A stretch of DNA of 64,000 nt from Deltaproteobacteria bacterium (lineage in GTDB: Bacteria > Myxococcota > Myxococcia > SLRQ01), in the NCBI GenBank assembly GCA_029210625.1, contig JARGFU010000001.1:201123-265122 (forward strand). Direction: 5' to 3'. The notes under the pieces were generated by a model. It worked only from the letters and a program-made list of their open reading frames with translations. It had not been told where the DNA came from and ran no database searches. Below, in pieces: positions 1 to 11,967 of this stretch; position 1 is the stretch's first letter; the number at the start of each line of letters is the position of its first letter. The translations under genes were made by a program, and so were the position numbers.

Positions 1-635
1 CCCTGCCGACGACCTACTGGCCCTCCAGCGAGGGCCGGGACCTCGCCTGGATCCGCGGGCGCTACCTGCCTCCCCGCGAGTTCATCGAGGCGCGCCGCGC
101 GCTGCCGGTGCCGGCGGCCGAGCCCCGGCTGGTGCTCGTCGACACCGCCCGCTACCGGATGCGCCTCTACGAGCGGCGGGGCGGGAAGCTCGTCGCGACC
201 GAGGGCGAGGCCCTCGAGGTCGGCTTCGGCCAGGCCGCCGGGCGCAAGCGGAGGCGGGGCGACAACCGCACGCCGCGCGGCGTCTACCACGTGGTGTCGA
301 AGGCCCGGCAGGACTTCGGCGGCGCCTACGGGGCCTACTACGGCGGCCACTGGATCAAGGTGAACTACCCCGGCGCGCACGACGCCGCCTGGGGCCTCGA
401 GCAGGGCCTGATCGACGAGGCCCGCGCCCGGAAGATCCGGGAGGACTGGCAGGCCCGCCGCCTCACCGATCAGAAGACCGAGCTGGGCAGCGGCATCGGC
501 TTCCACGGCTGGAAGGGCGAGTGGGAGGGCGAGGGCGGCGCGCACCTCTCCTGGGGCTGCGTGGTGATGCACAACGCCGACATCGCTCGCCTCTACGACT
601 GGTTCGCGAAGGGCACGATGGTCGTCCTCTTCTGA
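1..635 (+). CDS. L,D-transpeptidase (YkuD-domain) protein, 5'-truncated by window edge
   Basis: The reading frame is open from window position 3 and joins ORF 108..635. The C-terminal 'GFHGW...HLSWGCVVM' His/Cys catalytic motif is typical of YkuD L,D-transpeptidases. Confidence 0.65.
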   Translation, partial: LPTTYWPSSEGRDLAWIRGRYLPPREFIEARRALPVPAAEPRLVLVDTARYRMRLYERRGGKLVATEGEALEVGFGQAAGRKRRRGDNRTPRGVYHVVSKARQDFGGAYGAYYGGHWIKVNYPGAHDAAWGLEQGLIDEARARKIREDWQARRLTDQKTELGSGIGFHGWKGEWEGEGGAHLSWGCVVMHNADIARLYDWFAKGTMVVLF

Positions 636-676
636 GAGCTGACAGCTGACAGCTGATAGCTGCTAGGAAGGGCCCC

Positions 677-2743
677 ATGGACTTCCGCCTCGCTGCGCTG
701 CTCCTCGCCGTCACGCTCCCCACGGGCGTCACCGCCGAGGAGCCCGAGGTGAAGCCCGCCGAGGAGGTGGTCGTCACCGCCCCCGAGCCCGAGGCCGAGC
801 TCGACGGCGGCGGCCTCCGGGAGCGGATCGATCGGCTCACCCTCTCCCGCCGGGCCATCGGCACCACCGCCGAGGCGGTGGAGGAGGCCACGGGGGTGCG
901 CGTCCAGCGGACCAACCTCGGCGGCGGCTCGGCCTACCTACGCGGGCTCACCGGCCAGCAGGTGCTGATCCTCCTCGACGGCGTCCGGCAGAACGACGCC
1001 ACCTTCCGCTCGGGACCCAACCAGTACCTCACGGCCATCGACCCCTTCCTCCTCGACTCGGTGGAGGTGGTGCGAGGGCCGGGCTCGATCCTCTACGGCT
1101 CGGATGCCATCGGCGGCGTGATCGCCCTGCGGCTGATGCCTCCCTCCCTCTCCCGCGAGGGGCGCACCCTCGGGGTGGCGGGCAACGTGCAGGTGGCCAC
1201 GCCCACCCGGGAGAAGTCGGGCCACCTGCGCCTCTCGGCCGCCTACCCCGGGGCCGCCGTCTACCTCGCCGCCTCCTACTCCGACTTCGACGACCTCGAG
1301 ACCCCCGACGGCATCGTCCCCTTCACCGGCTACCAGGCGGCCAGCTTCGCCGCGCGGGGCCTGGCCCTGGTGGGGCCCGGCCGGGCCGAGGTGAGCTACA
1401 CCTCGAACCGGCAGCTCAACGTGCCCCGCACCGACCGCTGCCCGAGCCAGCAGGACCTCGACGCCGGCCTCCCCTTCGACTGCCGCTGGTGGGACGAGCA
1501 GGTGCGCGATCAGCTGAGCGTCGCGTGGGTGGCGAGCCTCGGCCCCTTCGATCGCCTGGAGGCCCGGGCTCACTTCAAGCGCTCCCACGAAGAGCGGCTG
1601 CGGATCCGGCCGGGGCGCGAGGAGCACGAGCGGGACGAGGTCGACTCCCCCGGGCTGCGCCTCGAGGCCGAGCTCTCTCCGCACGAGCGCCTGCGCCTGC
1701 GCTTCGGCACCGACCTGGGCACCGACGTGGTGCGCTCCAGCGCCGAGCACGCCTACGCCGACGGCAGCGTGCTCACCCTGGAGCGCGGGCGCTTCACCGA
1801 CGGCGCGCGCTGGCTGGGGGCCGGCACCTTCCTCCTCACCGACGTCCGGCTCCACGCGCTGGTCGAGGCCTTCGCCGGCGGCCGCCTGCAGCTCGTGCAC
1901 GCCACGGCCTCCGATCCGATCTTCGGCGAGGTGGAGCTGACGCCCCTCTCGGCCCTCGGGGCCGCGGGGCTCCGCCTCTTCCCCGGAGAGCCCGCCTCGG
2001 TGGATCTCGAGATCACCCAGGGCTTCCGCGCCCCGAACCTCGACGACCTCTCGGCCCTCGGCCCCTTCGGCGGCGGCTTCGACGTGCCGAACGTCGATCT
2101 GGGACCCGAGCGCTCCACGGCCTACCAGGCCAGCCTCCGCCTGGGCCTGGGCGTGCTGCGGGCCGAGCTCGCCGGCTTCCTCCAGCAGCTCCGCGGAGCC
2201 ATCGTGCGCGCCCCGGCCGAGTACGAGGGCTCGAGCACCTACGACGACGGCGGCGAGCTGCTCACGGTCTACCAGCGGGTGAACACCGGCGAGGCGAGGA
2301 TCTTCGGCGGCGAGGCCCGGATCGATCTCCTGCTGGAGGGCGGCCTCTCGGCGACGGTCAGCGCCTCCTTCGCCCGGGGGGACGATCTGAGCGAGGACAC
2401 CCCCCTCTCCCGGGTCTCACCTCCGCTGGGCCAGCTGGTGCTGCGCTATCACCGGCCGGGGGGCGGGCCCGAGCTGGAGGGCGTCGTGCGGGTGGCGGGC
2501 GCCCAGCGCCGCCTGGCGCCGCGGGACCTCAGCGACTCGAGGATCTGCCCGGCGGGTCCCGCGCAGTGCGAGGGCACCGAGGGGTACGTGGTCTTCGACC
2601 TGCGGGTGGGCGTGCCCTTCTCGGAGAAGGTGCGCGCCGATCTGGCCCTGAAGAACGTGGGCAACACCCGCTACCGGGTGCACGGCAGCGGCATCGACGG
2701 TGCGGGGCTGGGCGCCTCCCTGCGCCTCACCTGGAGCTACTGA
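677..2743 (+). CDS. TonB-dependent outer-membrane receptor
   Basis: N-terminal signal peptide; plug-domain motifs ('TTAEAVEEATGVRVQRTNLGGGSAYLRGL', 'VLILLDGVRQND', 'VEVVRGPGSILYGSDAIGG'); long beta-barrel region; C-terminal aromatic terminus 'LRLTWSY'. Confidence 0.85.
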   Translation: MDFRLAALLLAVTLPTGVTAEEPEVKPAEEVVVTAPEPEAELDGGGLRERIDRLTLSRRAIGTTAEAVEEATGVRVQRTNLGGGSAYLRGLTGQQVLILLDGVRQNDATFRSGPNQYLTAIDPFLLDSVEVVRGPGSILYGSDAIGGVIALRLMPPSLSREGRTLGVAGNVQVATPTREKSGHLRLSAAYPGAAVYLAASYSDFDDLETPDGIVPFTGYQAASFAARGLALVGPGRAEVSYTSNRQLNVPRTDRCPSQQDLDAGLPFDCRWWDEQVRDQLSVAWVASLGPFDRLEARAHFKRSHEERLRIRPGREEHERDEVDSPGLRLEAELSPHERLRLRFGTDLGTDVVRSSAEHAYADGSVLTLERGRFTDGARWLGAGTFLLTDVRLHALVEAFAGGRLQLVHATASDPIFGEVELTPLSALGAAGLRLFPGEPASVDLEITQGFRAPNLDDLSALGPFGGGFDVPNVDLGPERSTAYQASLRLGLGVLRAELAGFLQQLRGAIVRAPAEYEGSSTYDDGGELLTVYQRVNTGEARIFGGEARIDLLLEGGLSATVSASFARGDDLSEDTPLSRVSPPLGQLVLRYHRPGGGPELEGVVRVAGAQRRLAPRDLSDSRICPAGPAQCEGTEGYVVFDLRVGVPFSEKVRADLALKNVGNTRYRVHGSGIDGAGLGASLRLTWSY

Positions 2744-3092
2744 GGGCCTCCATCTGCTCCGCCTCCTCCTTGCAGGAGATGCAGAGGGTGGTGACCGGCC
2801 GGGCCCGCAGGCGAGCCTCGGAGATCTGCTCCCCGCACTCGTCGCAGATGCCGAACTCTCCGTCGTCGATGCGCCGCAGCGCGTCCTCGATCTTGCTGAT
2901 CAGGCGCCGGTCCCGATCCCGCAGCCGCAAGGTGAAGTTGCGGTTGGTCTCGGTGGCGGCCCGATCGCCGGGGTCGGCGTGGATCGCCCGGTGGGTGCCC
3001 ATGTGATCGACGGTGTCGATCGAGGCGTCCATCAGAACCGAGAGACGCTCGTTCAAGATCGTCCGATAGGTTCGCAGCTTCCGCTTGTCCAT
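2727..3092 (-). CDS. dksA: DksA/TraR-family C4 zinc-finger transcription factor
   Basis: C-terminal 'CDECGEQI...CISC' four-cysteine zinc finger and a DksA-like coiled-coil region. A GGGAGG ribosome-binding site precedes the ATG at 3092 (an alternative ATG lies at 3104). The 3' end overlaps the convergent TonB receptor by 17 bp. Confidence 0.8.
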   Translation of the reverse strand: MDKRKLRTYRTILNERLSVLMDASIDTVDHMGTHRAIHADPGDRAATETNRNFTLRLRDRDRRLISKIEDALRRIDDGEFGICDECGEQISEARLRARPVTTLCISCKEEAEQMEALSSSR

Positions 3093-3331
3093 CGCGCCTC
3101 CCATCTGAAGGTCCGGGCCGGGCCCGCTCCCGGCTCCCCCGGGCTATCACCCGGGTGCGACTACGCGATCCAATCTACCGCCCCGCGATCGAGCGTTTCA
3201 ACTGCAACCAGACAGGAAGCCCAGAAGCCGCTTGACAGATCACCTCCGGGCCCTAGCAGAGACGGATCCGTCCGGGGCCGCCGACCGGGGTCGTGACGCG
3301 ATCACCGGTAGTAGGTACGCTGCCGCGCGCC

Positions 3332-4174
3332 ATGTTCCGCCCGATCCCACTCCTCCTCGTGCTCGCCCTCTCGCTCACCGCGGCGCCGGCCCTCGCCCAG
3401 CAGGTCGCAGGCCCGCGCGCCCTGGGGATGGGCGAGGCGCACCGCGGCGTGGGGCTGGGGAACGACACCCTCTTCCTCAACCCGGCGGGGATGAGCCTGG
3501 CGCCCCGCTACGTGATCGAGAGCTTCTTCCGCCACGACAGCGGGACGAAGGCGAGCCTCTTCTCGATCTCGCTGATCGACAGCAAGTCGGGGCCGGTCGC
3601 CGGCGGGCTGGCCTACACCTACGAGTGGGTCGGCGAGGAGAGCTCGGTGCGGGCGGGCAGCCGGGTCGACATGGGCTCGTCCTACGCGCTGGCCAAGTTC
3701 CTGCTCTTCGGCATCACGATGCACTACCACGGCCTGCAGACCGCCGAGGGGCAGGTCAACCGGGTCACCGGCGACACCGGCTTCCTGATCGTGCCGGCCA
3801 GCTTCATCTCCATCGGCATCACCGGGCACAACGTCATCAACCCGGTGCCCGAGACCAACGCCGCGCCCCGGATGTTCGGCGGCGGCATCAACCTGCGCAT
3901 CGTCCCCGGCCTGAACCTGGCCTTCGACTGGCGCAAGAGCGTGGAGATCGAGGGCAAGCCCGCGGCCTACCACTTCGGTGGCGAGTACTACCTGGGGCAG
4001 TCCTTCCCCATCCGGGCCGGCTACACCTCCGATGAGGTCCTCGACCAGCAGCGCTGGAGCCTGGGCCTGGGGGTCGCCCTGCCCTCCTTCGGCCTCGACG
4101 TCTCCTACTCGAGGACGATCCGCAGCACCGATCGGGTCCAGGTCTTCGCGGTGGGCATCTACCTGGTGCTCTAG
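3332..4174 (+). CDS. Outer-membrane beta-barrel protein (signal peptide; 'LFLNPAGM' motif; possibly PorP/PorV-like)
   Basis: The signal peptide 'MFRPIPLLLVLALSLTAAPALAQQ' is followed by alternating amphipathic strands and a C-terminal aromatic/hydrophobic end. The family assignment is tentative. Confidence 0.55.
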   Translation: MFRPIPLLLVLALSLTAAPALAQQVAGPRALGMGEAHRGVGLGNDTLFLNPAGMSLAPRYVIESFFRHDSGTKASLFSISLIDSKSGPVAGGLAYTYEWVGEESSVRAGSRVDMGSSYALAKFLLFGITMHYHGLQTAEGQVNRVTGDTGFLIVPASFISIGITGHNVINPVPETNAAPRMFGGGINLRIVPGLNLAFDWRKSVEIEGKPAAYHFGGEYYLGQSFPIRAGYTSDEVLDQQRWSLGLGVALPSFGLDVSYSRTIRSTDRVQVFAVGIYLVL

Positions 4175-4185
4175 AGGGGGTTCGC

Positions 4186-5178
4186 ATGATCTCGAAGCGC
4201 TGGTCGCCGCTCCTGCTCGCCCTCCTGGTCGGGCTCCTCTCCTGCTCCCGGAAGGAGCCGCCGGCCCCGCCGCCGGAGGTGGACGCCGGCCCCGCCGAGC
4301 CGGTGGAGGTCATCACCTTCGCCGCGGATCAGCTCTCCAGCTTCGGCCAGCTGCCGAAGCGCCGCGACCGCAAGGACAACCCGATCAGCCGGGAGAAGAT
4401 CGCGCTGGGCCGGATGCTCTACTTCGACGCCCGCCTCTCCCGGGAGGGCGATCTCGCCTGCAACACCTGCCACGCCCTCGACGCTCACGGCGTCGATCCC
4501 CGTGGCGGCGTGCGGGCAACCATGGGGCACCCGGGCCAGACGGGAGAGCGCAACGCTCCGTCCGTCTACAACGCGGCCGTGCACTCCCGGCTGCTCCGGG
4601 ACGGCCGGGAGAGCACCGTCGAGCTGCCCCTGGCGGATCCCGAGGCCACGGTGGCGGCGCTTCGCGCGATCCCCGGCTACGCCGAGCGCTTCGCCGCGGT
4701 CTTCCCGGGTGAGGAGGAGCCCATCACGCCGCAGAACGTCTCCTTCGCCCTCGGCGCCTTCCTGCGAGGCCTGATGACGCCCTCCCGCTTCGACGCCTAC
4801 CTCGGCGGCGACGCCGAGGCGCTCACCCTCGAGGAGAAGCGGGGCCTCAAGACCTTCCTCGCGCTGGGCTGCCCCACCTGCCACAACGGGGTGGCCCTCG
4901 GCGCGACCTCCCTCCAGCCCCGCAGCCCGGGGGGAGAGGCGCCGGAGAAGCTCGAGACGCCGAGCCTGCGCAACGTGGCGAAGACCGCGCCCTACGGGCA
5001 CACCGGCGAGGTCGCCTCCCTCGAGGCCATGGTCCGCCGGATGGCGGAAGAGCGGCTGGACGGGAAGGCCCTCGACGAGGCCCAGGTCGAGTCGCTCCTG
5101 ACCTTCCTCGAGGCCCTCACCGGCGAGCTGCCCGCGGACTACATCGCCAGACCGGAGCTCCCCGCGGCCCCGGACTGA
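4186..5178 (+). CDS. Di-haem cytochrome c peroxidase (CCP/MauG family), lipoprotein
   Basis: Lipobox 'LLSCS' and two CxxCH haem-binding motifs ('CNTCHAL', 'CPTCHNG') at the spacing typical of bacterial CCP. Confidence 0.85.
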   Translation: MISKRWSPLLLALLVGLLSCSRKEPPAPPPEVDAGPAEPVEVITFAADQLSSFGQLPKRRDRKDNPISREKIALGRMLYFDARLSREGDLACNTCHALDAHGVDPRGGVRATMGHPGQTGERNAPSVYNAAVHSRLLRDGRESTVELPLADPEATVAALRAIPGYAERFAAVFPGEEEPITPQNVSFALGAFLRGLMTPSRFDAYLGGDAEALTLEEKRGLKTFLALGCPTCHNGVALGATSLQPRSPGGEAPEKLETPSLRNVAKTAPYGHTGEVASLEAMVRRMAEERLDGKALDEAQVESLLTFLEALTGELPADYIARPELPAAPD

Positions 5179-5203
5179 TCCCCGAGGAGATCGTTCAGCC
5201 CGC

Positions 5204-8200
5204 ATGAGCCTCCCCGAACGCATCGGCCGCTACACGGTGGTCCGCCCGCTGGCCAGCGGCGGCATGGCCGAGGTCTTCCTCGCCCGGCAGACGGGCCTGC
5301 GGGGGATGGTGAAGCACGTCGCGGTGAAGCGGATCCGCCCCGAGCTGACCACGCGCTCCGAGATCGTCGACGTCTTCCTCGACGAGATCCGCCTCACCGC
5401 CGACATGGCCCACCCGAACGTCGTCAGCCTCTACGACGCGGGGGAGGAGGACGGCACCTACTTCCTGGCGATGGAGCTGGTCGAGGGCGCCGATCTGCGC
5501 CGGCTCCTCTCCCGCGCCCTCCTCGAGCGCCGCGAGGACGACCCCGGCGGCCTGCCCCTGCCCTTCGTGCTGCGGGTGGCCTCGGAGGCCGCGCACGGCC
5601 TCCACTACGCTCACACCCGGGTCGGGCCCGGCGGCGAGCCCCTCGGGCTCGTCCACCGGGACGTCTCTCCGAGCAACCTGCTGGTGGGCTACAGCGGCCT
5701 GACCAAGGTCGTCGACTTCGGGGTGGCCCGCCTCCTCGACGCCACCGGCCGGGCGCAGCAGGCGCTGCGCCTGGGCAAGCTGGCCTACATGTCGCCGGAG
5801 CAGAGCGCCGGCGAGGCGCTCGAGCCCACCTCCGACCTCTTCTCCCTGGCGGTGGTGGTCTGGGAGCTCTGCACCGGCCAGGCTCTCTTCGCCCGGGACT
5901 CGGAGACCGAGATCATCGACGCGGTCACCTCCTGCCAGCTGCCGGCCGAGGGCTTCTCTCCCGGCCTCCCGCCCGCGCTCGAGGCGCTCCTGCGCCGCTG
6001 CCTGCAGCGCCGCCCCGAGCAGCGCCTGCAGAGCTGCGAGGCCTTCGCCGACGCCCTCGACGCGCTGGCCGCCAAGATCGGGGCCTGCACGGCCGCCGAG
6101 GCGGGCCGCCTCGTCGCGCGCCTCTGCCCCCGGGAGGAGCCGGCCGGGGAGGCGCTCCCCGCCCCGGCCCCGGCCCCCGACGCACCGGTGGAGCCCACCG
6201 CCCTCGACGTCTCGGATCGCACAGAGATCGAGCGCCCGCTGGGGAGCACCACCGCCCTGCGCCACAACCTGCCCTCGGTCTCCGCCGACTTCATCGGCCG
6301 CAACACGGATCTCGATCGGCTGGAGGCGGCCCTGGGGGGTCCCAGCGCCTGGGTGACCCTGGTGGGCCCGGGCGGGGTCGGCAAGACCCGGCTGGCCCTG
6401 CGCCACGCCGAGCTGCAGATCGGCGCCTACCAGGCCCCCGGCGCCGGGGTCTGGTTCTGCGACCTCACCGAGGCCCGGGACACCGAGAGCATCTGCCGGC
6501 TCCTCGCCACCACCCTCGAGATCACCCTGCGGGCCGAGACGATCGAGGCGTGGGCCGAGGGGCTCGGCGCGGCGATCGCCCGGCGCGGCCGGATGCTCCT
6601 GGTCCTCGACAACCTCGAGCAGGTCGCCCCGGCGGCGGCCGGGCTGCTGGCGCGCTGGCTGGACCAGGCCGAGGGGCTCCACGTCATCGCCACCTCGCGC
6701 CGGCCCCTCCACGGCCGGGGCGAGGCCGTGCTCGAGCTCGAGCCCTTGCCCACCGGTGGTGAGCGGCCCGAGCTCGGCGACGCCTACCGCCTCTTCGTGG
6801 ACCGCGCGGCGCGCAGCCGCCCGGACTACCGGCCGAAGCCCCAGGAGGTGCCGACCATCGCCCGCATCGTCGAGGCCCTCGAGGGGCTGCCCCTGGCCAT
6901 CGAGCTGGCCGCGGCGCGGATGAGCATCCTCGGCACCGAGCAGATCCTGGAGCGCCTCTCCTCGCGCTTCGCCCTCCTGCGCCGCCCGGGCAGCGCCGCC
7001 GGGCCCGCCCGGCAGCAGACCCTCGCCGCGACCATCGCCTGGTCCTGGGAGCTCCTCGAGCCCTGGGAGCGCGCCGCGCTCGCGCAGGCCACCGTCTTCC
7101 GCGGCGGCTTCACCCTCGAGGCCGCCGAGGCCGTCCTGGACCTCTCCGCCTTCCCCGAGGCGCCGCTGATCATCGACGTGGTGCAGAGCCTCAAGGAGCA
7201 CTCCCTCCTGCGCACTCGCACCGCCCACCGGCTGCTCCAGCCCCGCTTCCAGCTCTACGAGAGCGTGCACGAGTACGCCCGCGGCCACCTCGCCCCCGAG
7301 CAGGCCGAGCAGGCCAGCGAGCGCCACGCCCGCCACTACGGCGCGCTGGCGCCGGCCCTGGCCGCGGTGGCGGACCGCGGCGAGGGCTTGCGGGCGCTGC
7401 CCCGGCTGCGCGCGGAGCTCGACAACCTCCTGGCAGCCGAGGAGCACCTCGCCGGGCGGGACGAGGCCGGCCGCTGCCGCATCCTCCTCTCGATGGATCC
7501 GGTGCTCCACCGCGGCGTCCCCGCCGCGCGCTGGATGGCGCTGCTCTCGGAGGCGGTGGAGGCCGCGCGCCTCGCGGACGACCCCGGCCTCCTGGCCCGG
7601 GCCCACGCCCTGCGGGCGCAGGCGATCCGCTTCTCCGGCCGCTTCAGCGACGCGGTGGAGGAGGCCTTCGTGGCGCGCGAGCTCGCTCGCCGGGCGAAGG
7701 ATCGGGAGACGGAGGGCAACGCCCTCTCCCTGGCCGGCTTCCTGGCCGGCGAGCAGGGGGAGTTCGAGCTGGCCCGCGCCCGCCTGGACGAGGCCCTCGA
7801 GCTCCTGGCGGACGAGAAGGATCCGGCGCACCTGGCCCTGGCCCACGGCCGCCTGGGCATCGTCGAGGCCAAGACGGGGGATCTGGCGAAGGCCCGCCCC
7901 CACTGGGAGCGCTCGGTCGAGCTCTTCGAGCGGGCCGATCACCCCACCGGCCGCAGCAACAACCTCCAGAACCTGGCGCTGATCATCCAGCACGAGGAGC
8001 CCGAGCTGGCGCTGAAGTACTACGAGGACGCGGTCGCCATCTTCGTGAGCCTCGGGGATCGGCGGGCGGAGGCCTCCTCCCTCAACAACGTGGGCACGGT
8101 CCACATGGACCTGGGCAACCTCGACGAGGCGCGGCGCTGCTACCAGCGCATCCTCTCGATCGTCGAGCGGCACGAGGCGCCGGGGAGCGAGGCGATCTGC

Positions 8201-8653
8201 CTGGCCAACTACGTCATCCTCGAGCACCTCGCCGGCCGCCTCGGCCTCGCCCGGCAGTACGCCGACCGGGCCCTGGAGGTCGCGGCGAGGATCGGGGACG
8301 CCTGGCTCACCGGCCTGGTCCGCGCCCACCTCGCCGCGGTGGAGGCCCGCCAGGGCAAGGTCCGCCTGGCCCGGGAGGCCTTCGAGCGCTCGCGGCAGGA
8401 GCTGGACGCCACCGGCACCACCTTCTTCGATGACTCCTTCGAGGTCCTCGAGGGCCTCCTCGACGTGGCCCGGGCCCGGGAGGCCGCGGGGAGGGGCGAC
8501 GGCCGGGCGACCTCCGAGCACCTCGAGGCCGCCCGGGCGAAGCTGGCCGCGGCGACCACCCCGGACGCCGAGGGTCGGATCCCGGCCGAGCACGAGTCGG
8601 ATCTGCGGCTCTGCAGCCGGCTGCTCGCCGCCGCGCTGGCCGAGATGGACTGA
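5204..8653 (+). CDS. Ser/Thr protein kinase fused to a STAND/AAA-type NTPase and C-terminal TPR repeats
   Basis: Hanks kinase motifs (GxGxxAxV, 'VAVKRI', 'HRDVSPSNLL', 'DFG'); a central P-loop 'GPGGVGKTRLA' with a 'LLVLDNLE' Walker B-like motif; a C-terminal TPR-like repeat region. Confidence 0.85.
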   Translation: MSLPERIGRYTVVRPLASGGMAEVFLARQTGLRGMVKHVAVKRIRPELTTRSEIVDVFLDEIRLTADMAHPNVVSLYDAGEEDGTYFLAMELVEGADLRRLLSRALLERREDDPGGLPLPFVLRVASEAAHGLHYAHTRVGPGGEPLGLVHRDVSPSNLLVGYSGLTKVVDFGVARLLDATGRAQQALRLGKLAYMSPEQSAGEALEPTSDLFSLAVVVWELCTGQALFARDSETEIIDAVTSCQLPAEGFSPGLPPALEALLRRCLQRRPEQRLQSCEAFADALDALAAKIGACTAAEAGRLVARLCPREEPAGEALPAPAPAPDAPVEPTALDVSDRTEIERPLGSTTALRHNLPSVSADFIGRNTDLDRLEAALGGPSAWVTLVGPGGVGKTRLALRHAELQIGAYQAPGAGVWFCDLTEARDTESICRLLATTLEITLRAETIEAWAEGLGAAIARRGRMLLVLDNLEQVAPAAAGLLARWLDQAEGLHVIATSRRPLHGRGEAVLELEPLPTGGERPELGDAYRLFVDRAARSRPDYRPKPQEVPTIARIVEALEGLPLAIELAAARMSILGTEQILERLSSRFALLRRPGSAAGPARQQTLAATIAWSWELLEPWERAALAQATVFRGGFTLEAAEAVLDLSAFPEAPLIIDVVQSLKEHSLLRTRTAHRLLQPRFQLYESVHEYARGHLAPEQAEQASERHARHYGALAPALAAVADRGEGLRALPRLRAELDNLLAAEEHLAGRDEAGRCRILLSMDPVLHRGVPAARWMALLSEAVEAARLADDPGLLARAHALRAQAIRFSGRFSDAVEEAFVARELARRAKDRETEGNALSLAGFLAGEQGEFELARARLDEALELLADEKDPAHLALAHGRLGIVEAKTGDLAKARPHWERSVELFERADHPTGRSNNLQNLALIIQHEEPELALKYYEDAVAIFVSLGDRRAEASSLNNVGTVHMDLGNLDEARRCYQRILSIVERHEAPGSEAICLANYVILEHLAGRLGLARQYADRALEVAARIGDAWLTGLVRAHLAAVEARQGKVRLAREAFERSRQELDATGTTFFDDSFEVLEGLLDVARAREAAGRGDGRATSEHLEAARAKLAAATTPDAEGRIPAEHESDLRLCSRLLAAALAEMD

Positions 8654-8660
8654 CGCCGCG

Positions 8661-8689
8661 TTGTGAAGCCAGGGGGTCAGGGCTATAGT
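8661..8689 (+). promoter_or_regulatory. Sigma-70-like promoter (TTGTGA-17 nt-TATAGT) upstream of kdsB
   Basis: The hexamers read directly from the sequence are 'ttgtga' at 8661-8666 and 'tatagt' at 8684-8689. This sits about 40 bp upstream of the kdsB start. Confidence 0.45.
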
Positions 8690-8728
8690 GCCGGCCCGGG
8701 CTGATCCTCACTCGAAACGCTCACCCAC

Positions 8729-9481
8729 GTGCAGACGATCGTAGTCATCCCGGCGCGCCTAGATTCGACCCGTCTGCCCGAGAAGCCTCTTCTCGACCTC
8801 GGTGGGCGTCCGCTGATCCAGCACGTCCACGCCCGCGCGACGGCCGCCTCCCGGCCCTCCCGGGTGGTGGTCGCCACGGACAGCCCGCGGATCCTCGAGG
8901 CGGTCGAGGCCTTCGGCGGCGAGGCGCTGCTCACCTCGAGCGACTGCGCCTCCGGCACCGACCGGGTGGCCGAGGCCGTCCGCCAGCTCGAGGCGCGGGG
9001 TGAGCGCTTCGACGCGGTGGTCAACCTCCAGGGCGACGAGCCCTTCATCGAGCCGGGCGCCATCGACGCGGCCTGCGCCGCCCTGGCCCCGGAGGCCGGC
9101 GGCGGCAAGGCCCCCATCGCCACCCTCGCCCGCGCCCTGCGGCCGGGAGAGCTCGCGGACCCCTCCGTGGTGAAGGTGGTCACCGACGCCGCGGGCCTCG
9201 CCCTCTACTTCTCCCGCGCCCCCCTCGGGCAGGACCGGGAGCGGCCCGGCGAGAGCCTCGCCCGGGCGCACCTCGGCCTCTACGCCTACCTGCGCGAGGC
9301 CCTCATCGACTTCTCCGGGCTCGCCCCGACGCCGCTCGAGCAGGCCGAGCGCCTCGAGCAGCTGCGCGCCCTCGAACACGGGCGACGGATCGCCGTCGCC
9401 GACACCGAGTGGATGCCCGCGGGCATCGACACCCCCGAAGATCTCGAGCGCGCACGTGCCGCCCTCGCACGCAAGGAGTGA
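8729..9481 (+). CDS. kdsB: 3-deoxy-manno-octulosonate cytidylyltransferase (CMP-KDO synthetase)
   Basis: N-terminus 'IVVIPARLDSTRLPEKPL' and 'NLQGDEP' motifs are typical of KdsB. A GTG start is inferred. Confidence 0.9.
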   Translation: MQTIVVIPARLDSTRLPEKPLLDLGGRPLIQHVHARATAASRPSRVVVATDSPRILEAVEAFGGEALLTSSDCASGTDRVAEAVRQLEARGERFDAVVNLQGDEPFIEPGAIDAACAALAPEAGGGKAPIATLARALRPGELADPSVVKVVTDAAGLALYFSRAPLGQDRERPGESLARAHLGLYAYLREALIDFSGLAPTPLEQAERLEQLRALEHGRRIAVADTEWMPAGIDTPEDLERARAALARKE

Positions 9482-9490
9482 GCAAGAACC

Positions 9491-11136
<1,646 letters not shown>

Positions 11137-11140
<4 letters not shown>

Positions 11141-11967
11141 GCGGGGCCATCCAGCTCGGCCCCCACCCCTGCGGGGGCGGCGCCCCCCTGGTGCTCATCG
11201 CCGGCCCCTGCGTCGTCGAGGAGGCCGGGCTCACCCTGCGCATCGCCGAGCGCCTGAAGGCCATCGCCGGGGCGCGGGGCGTGCCGCTGATCTTCAAGGC
11301 GAGCTACGACAAGGCCAACCGCACCAGCTCCGAGAGCTTCCGGGGCCCCGGGATGGAGGAGGGCCTGGAGGTCCTCGCCCGGGTGAAGGCGTCCTTGGGG
11401 CTGCCGATCCTCACCGACGTCCACCTGCCGGAGCAGGCGGCGCAGGCGGCCGAGGTGGCGGACGTGCTGCAGGTGCCCGCCTTCCTCTCCCGCCAGACCG
11501 ACCTGATCCAGGCCGCGGCCGCCACCGGCCGGGCCGTGAACCTCAAGAAGGGGCAGTTCCTGGCCCCCGAGGACATGGCCCACGCCATCGCCAAGGCCCG
11601 GGCCGCCGGCGCGAAGAACGTGATGGTCACCGAGCGGGGGACCACCTTCGGCTACCACGACCTGGTGGTCGATCTGCGCGGGCTGGTCACGCTGCGCGCG
11701 CTGGGGGTGCCGGTCTGCTTCGACGCCACCCACTCGGTGCAGCGCCCGGCCGCGCAGGGGCACGCCACCGGCGGCGACCGCACGCTGGCCCCGGTCCTGG
11801 CCCGCGGGGCGGCGGCGGTCGGCATCGACGCCCTCTTCGCCGAGGTCCACGAGGATCCCGACGCGGCCCTCTCCGATGGCCCCAACTCCCTGACCTACGC
11901 GCTCCTCGAGCGGATGCTCGACGAGGTGCTGGCCGTCCGCGCTGCGCTGCGCGAGGTGCAGCCGTGA
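11137..11967 (+). CDS. kdsA: 2-dehydro-3-deoxyphosphooctonate aldolase (KDO-8-P synthase)
   Basis: ATGA start/stop overlap with pyrG; 'LIAGPCVVE...[12 protein letters not shown]' KdsA motifs. This gene is embedded in a longer spurious track ORF (10600..11967). Confidence 0.9.

Noticed and set aside
5195-8593. 1132-aa minus-strand ORF antisense to the STK-NTPase-TPR gene
   Set aside because: Low-complexity Gly/Arg/Ala-rich translation typical of antisense frames in 70% GC DNA. The plus strand has a clear homologous protein.
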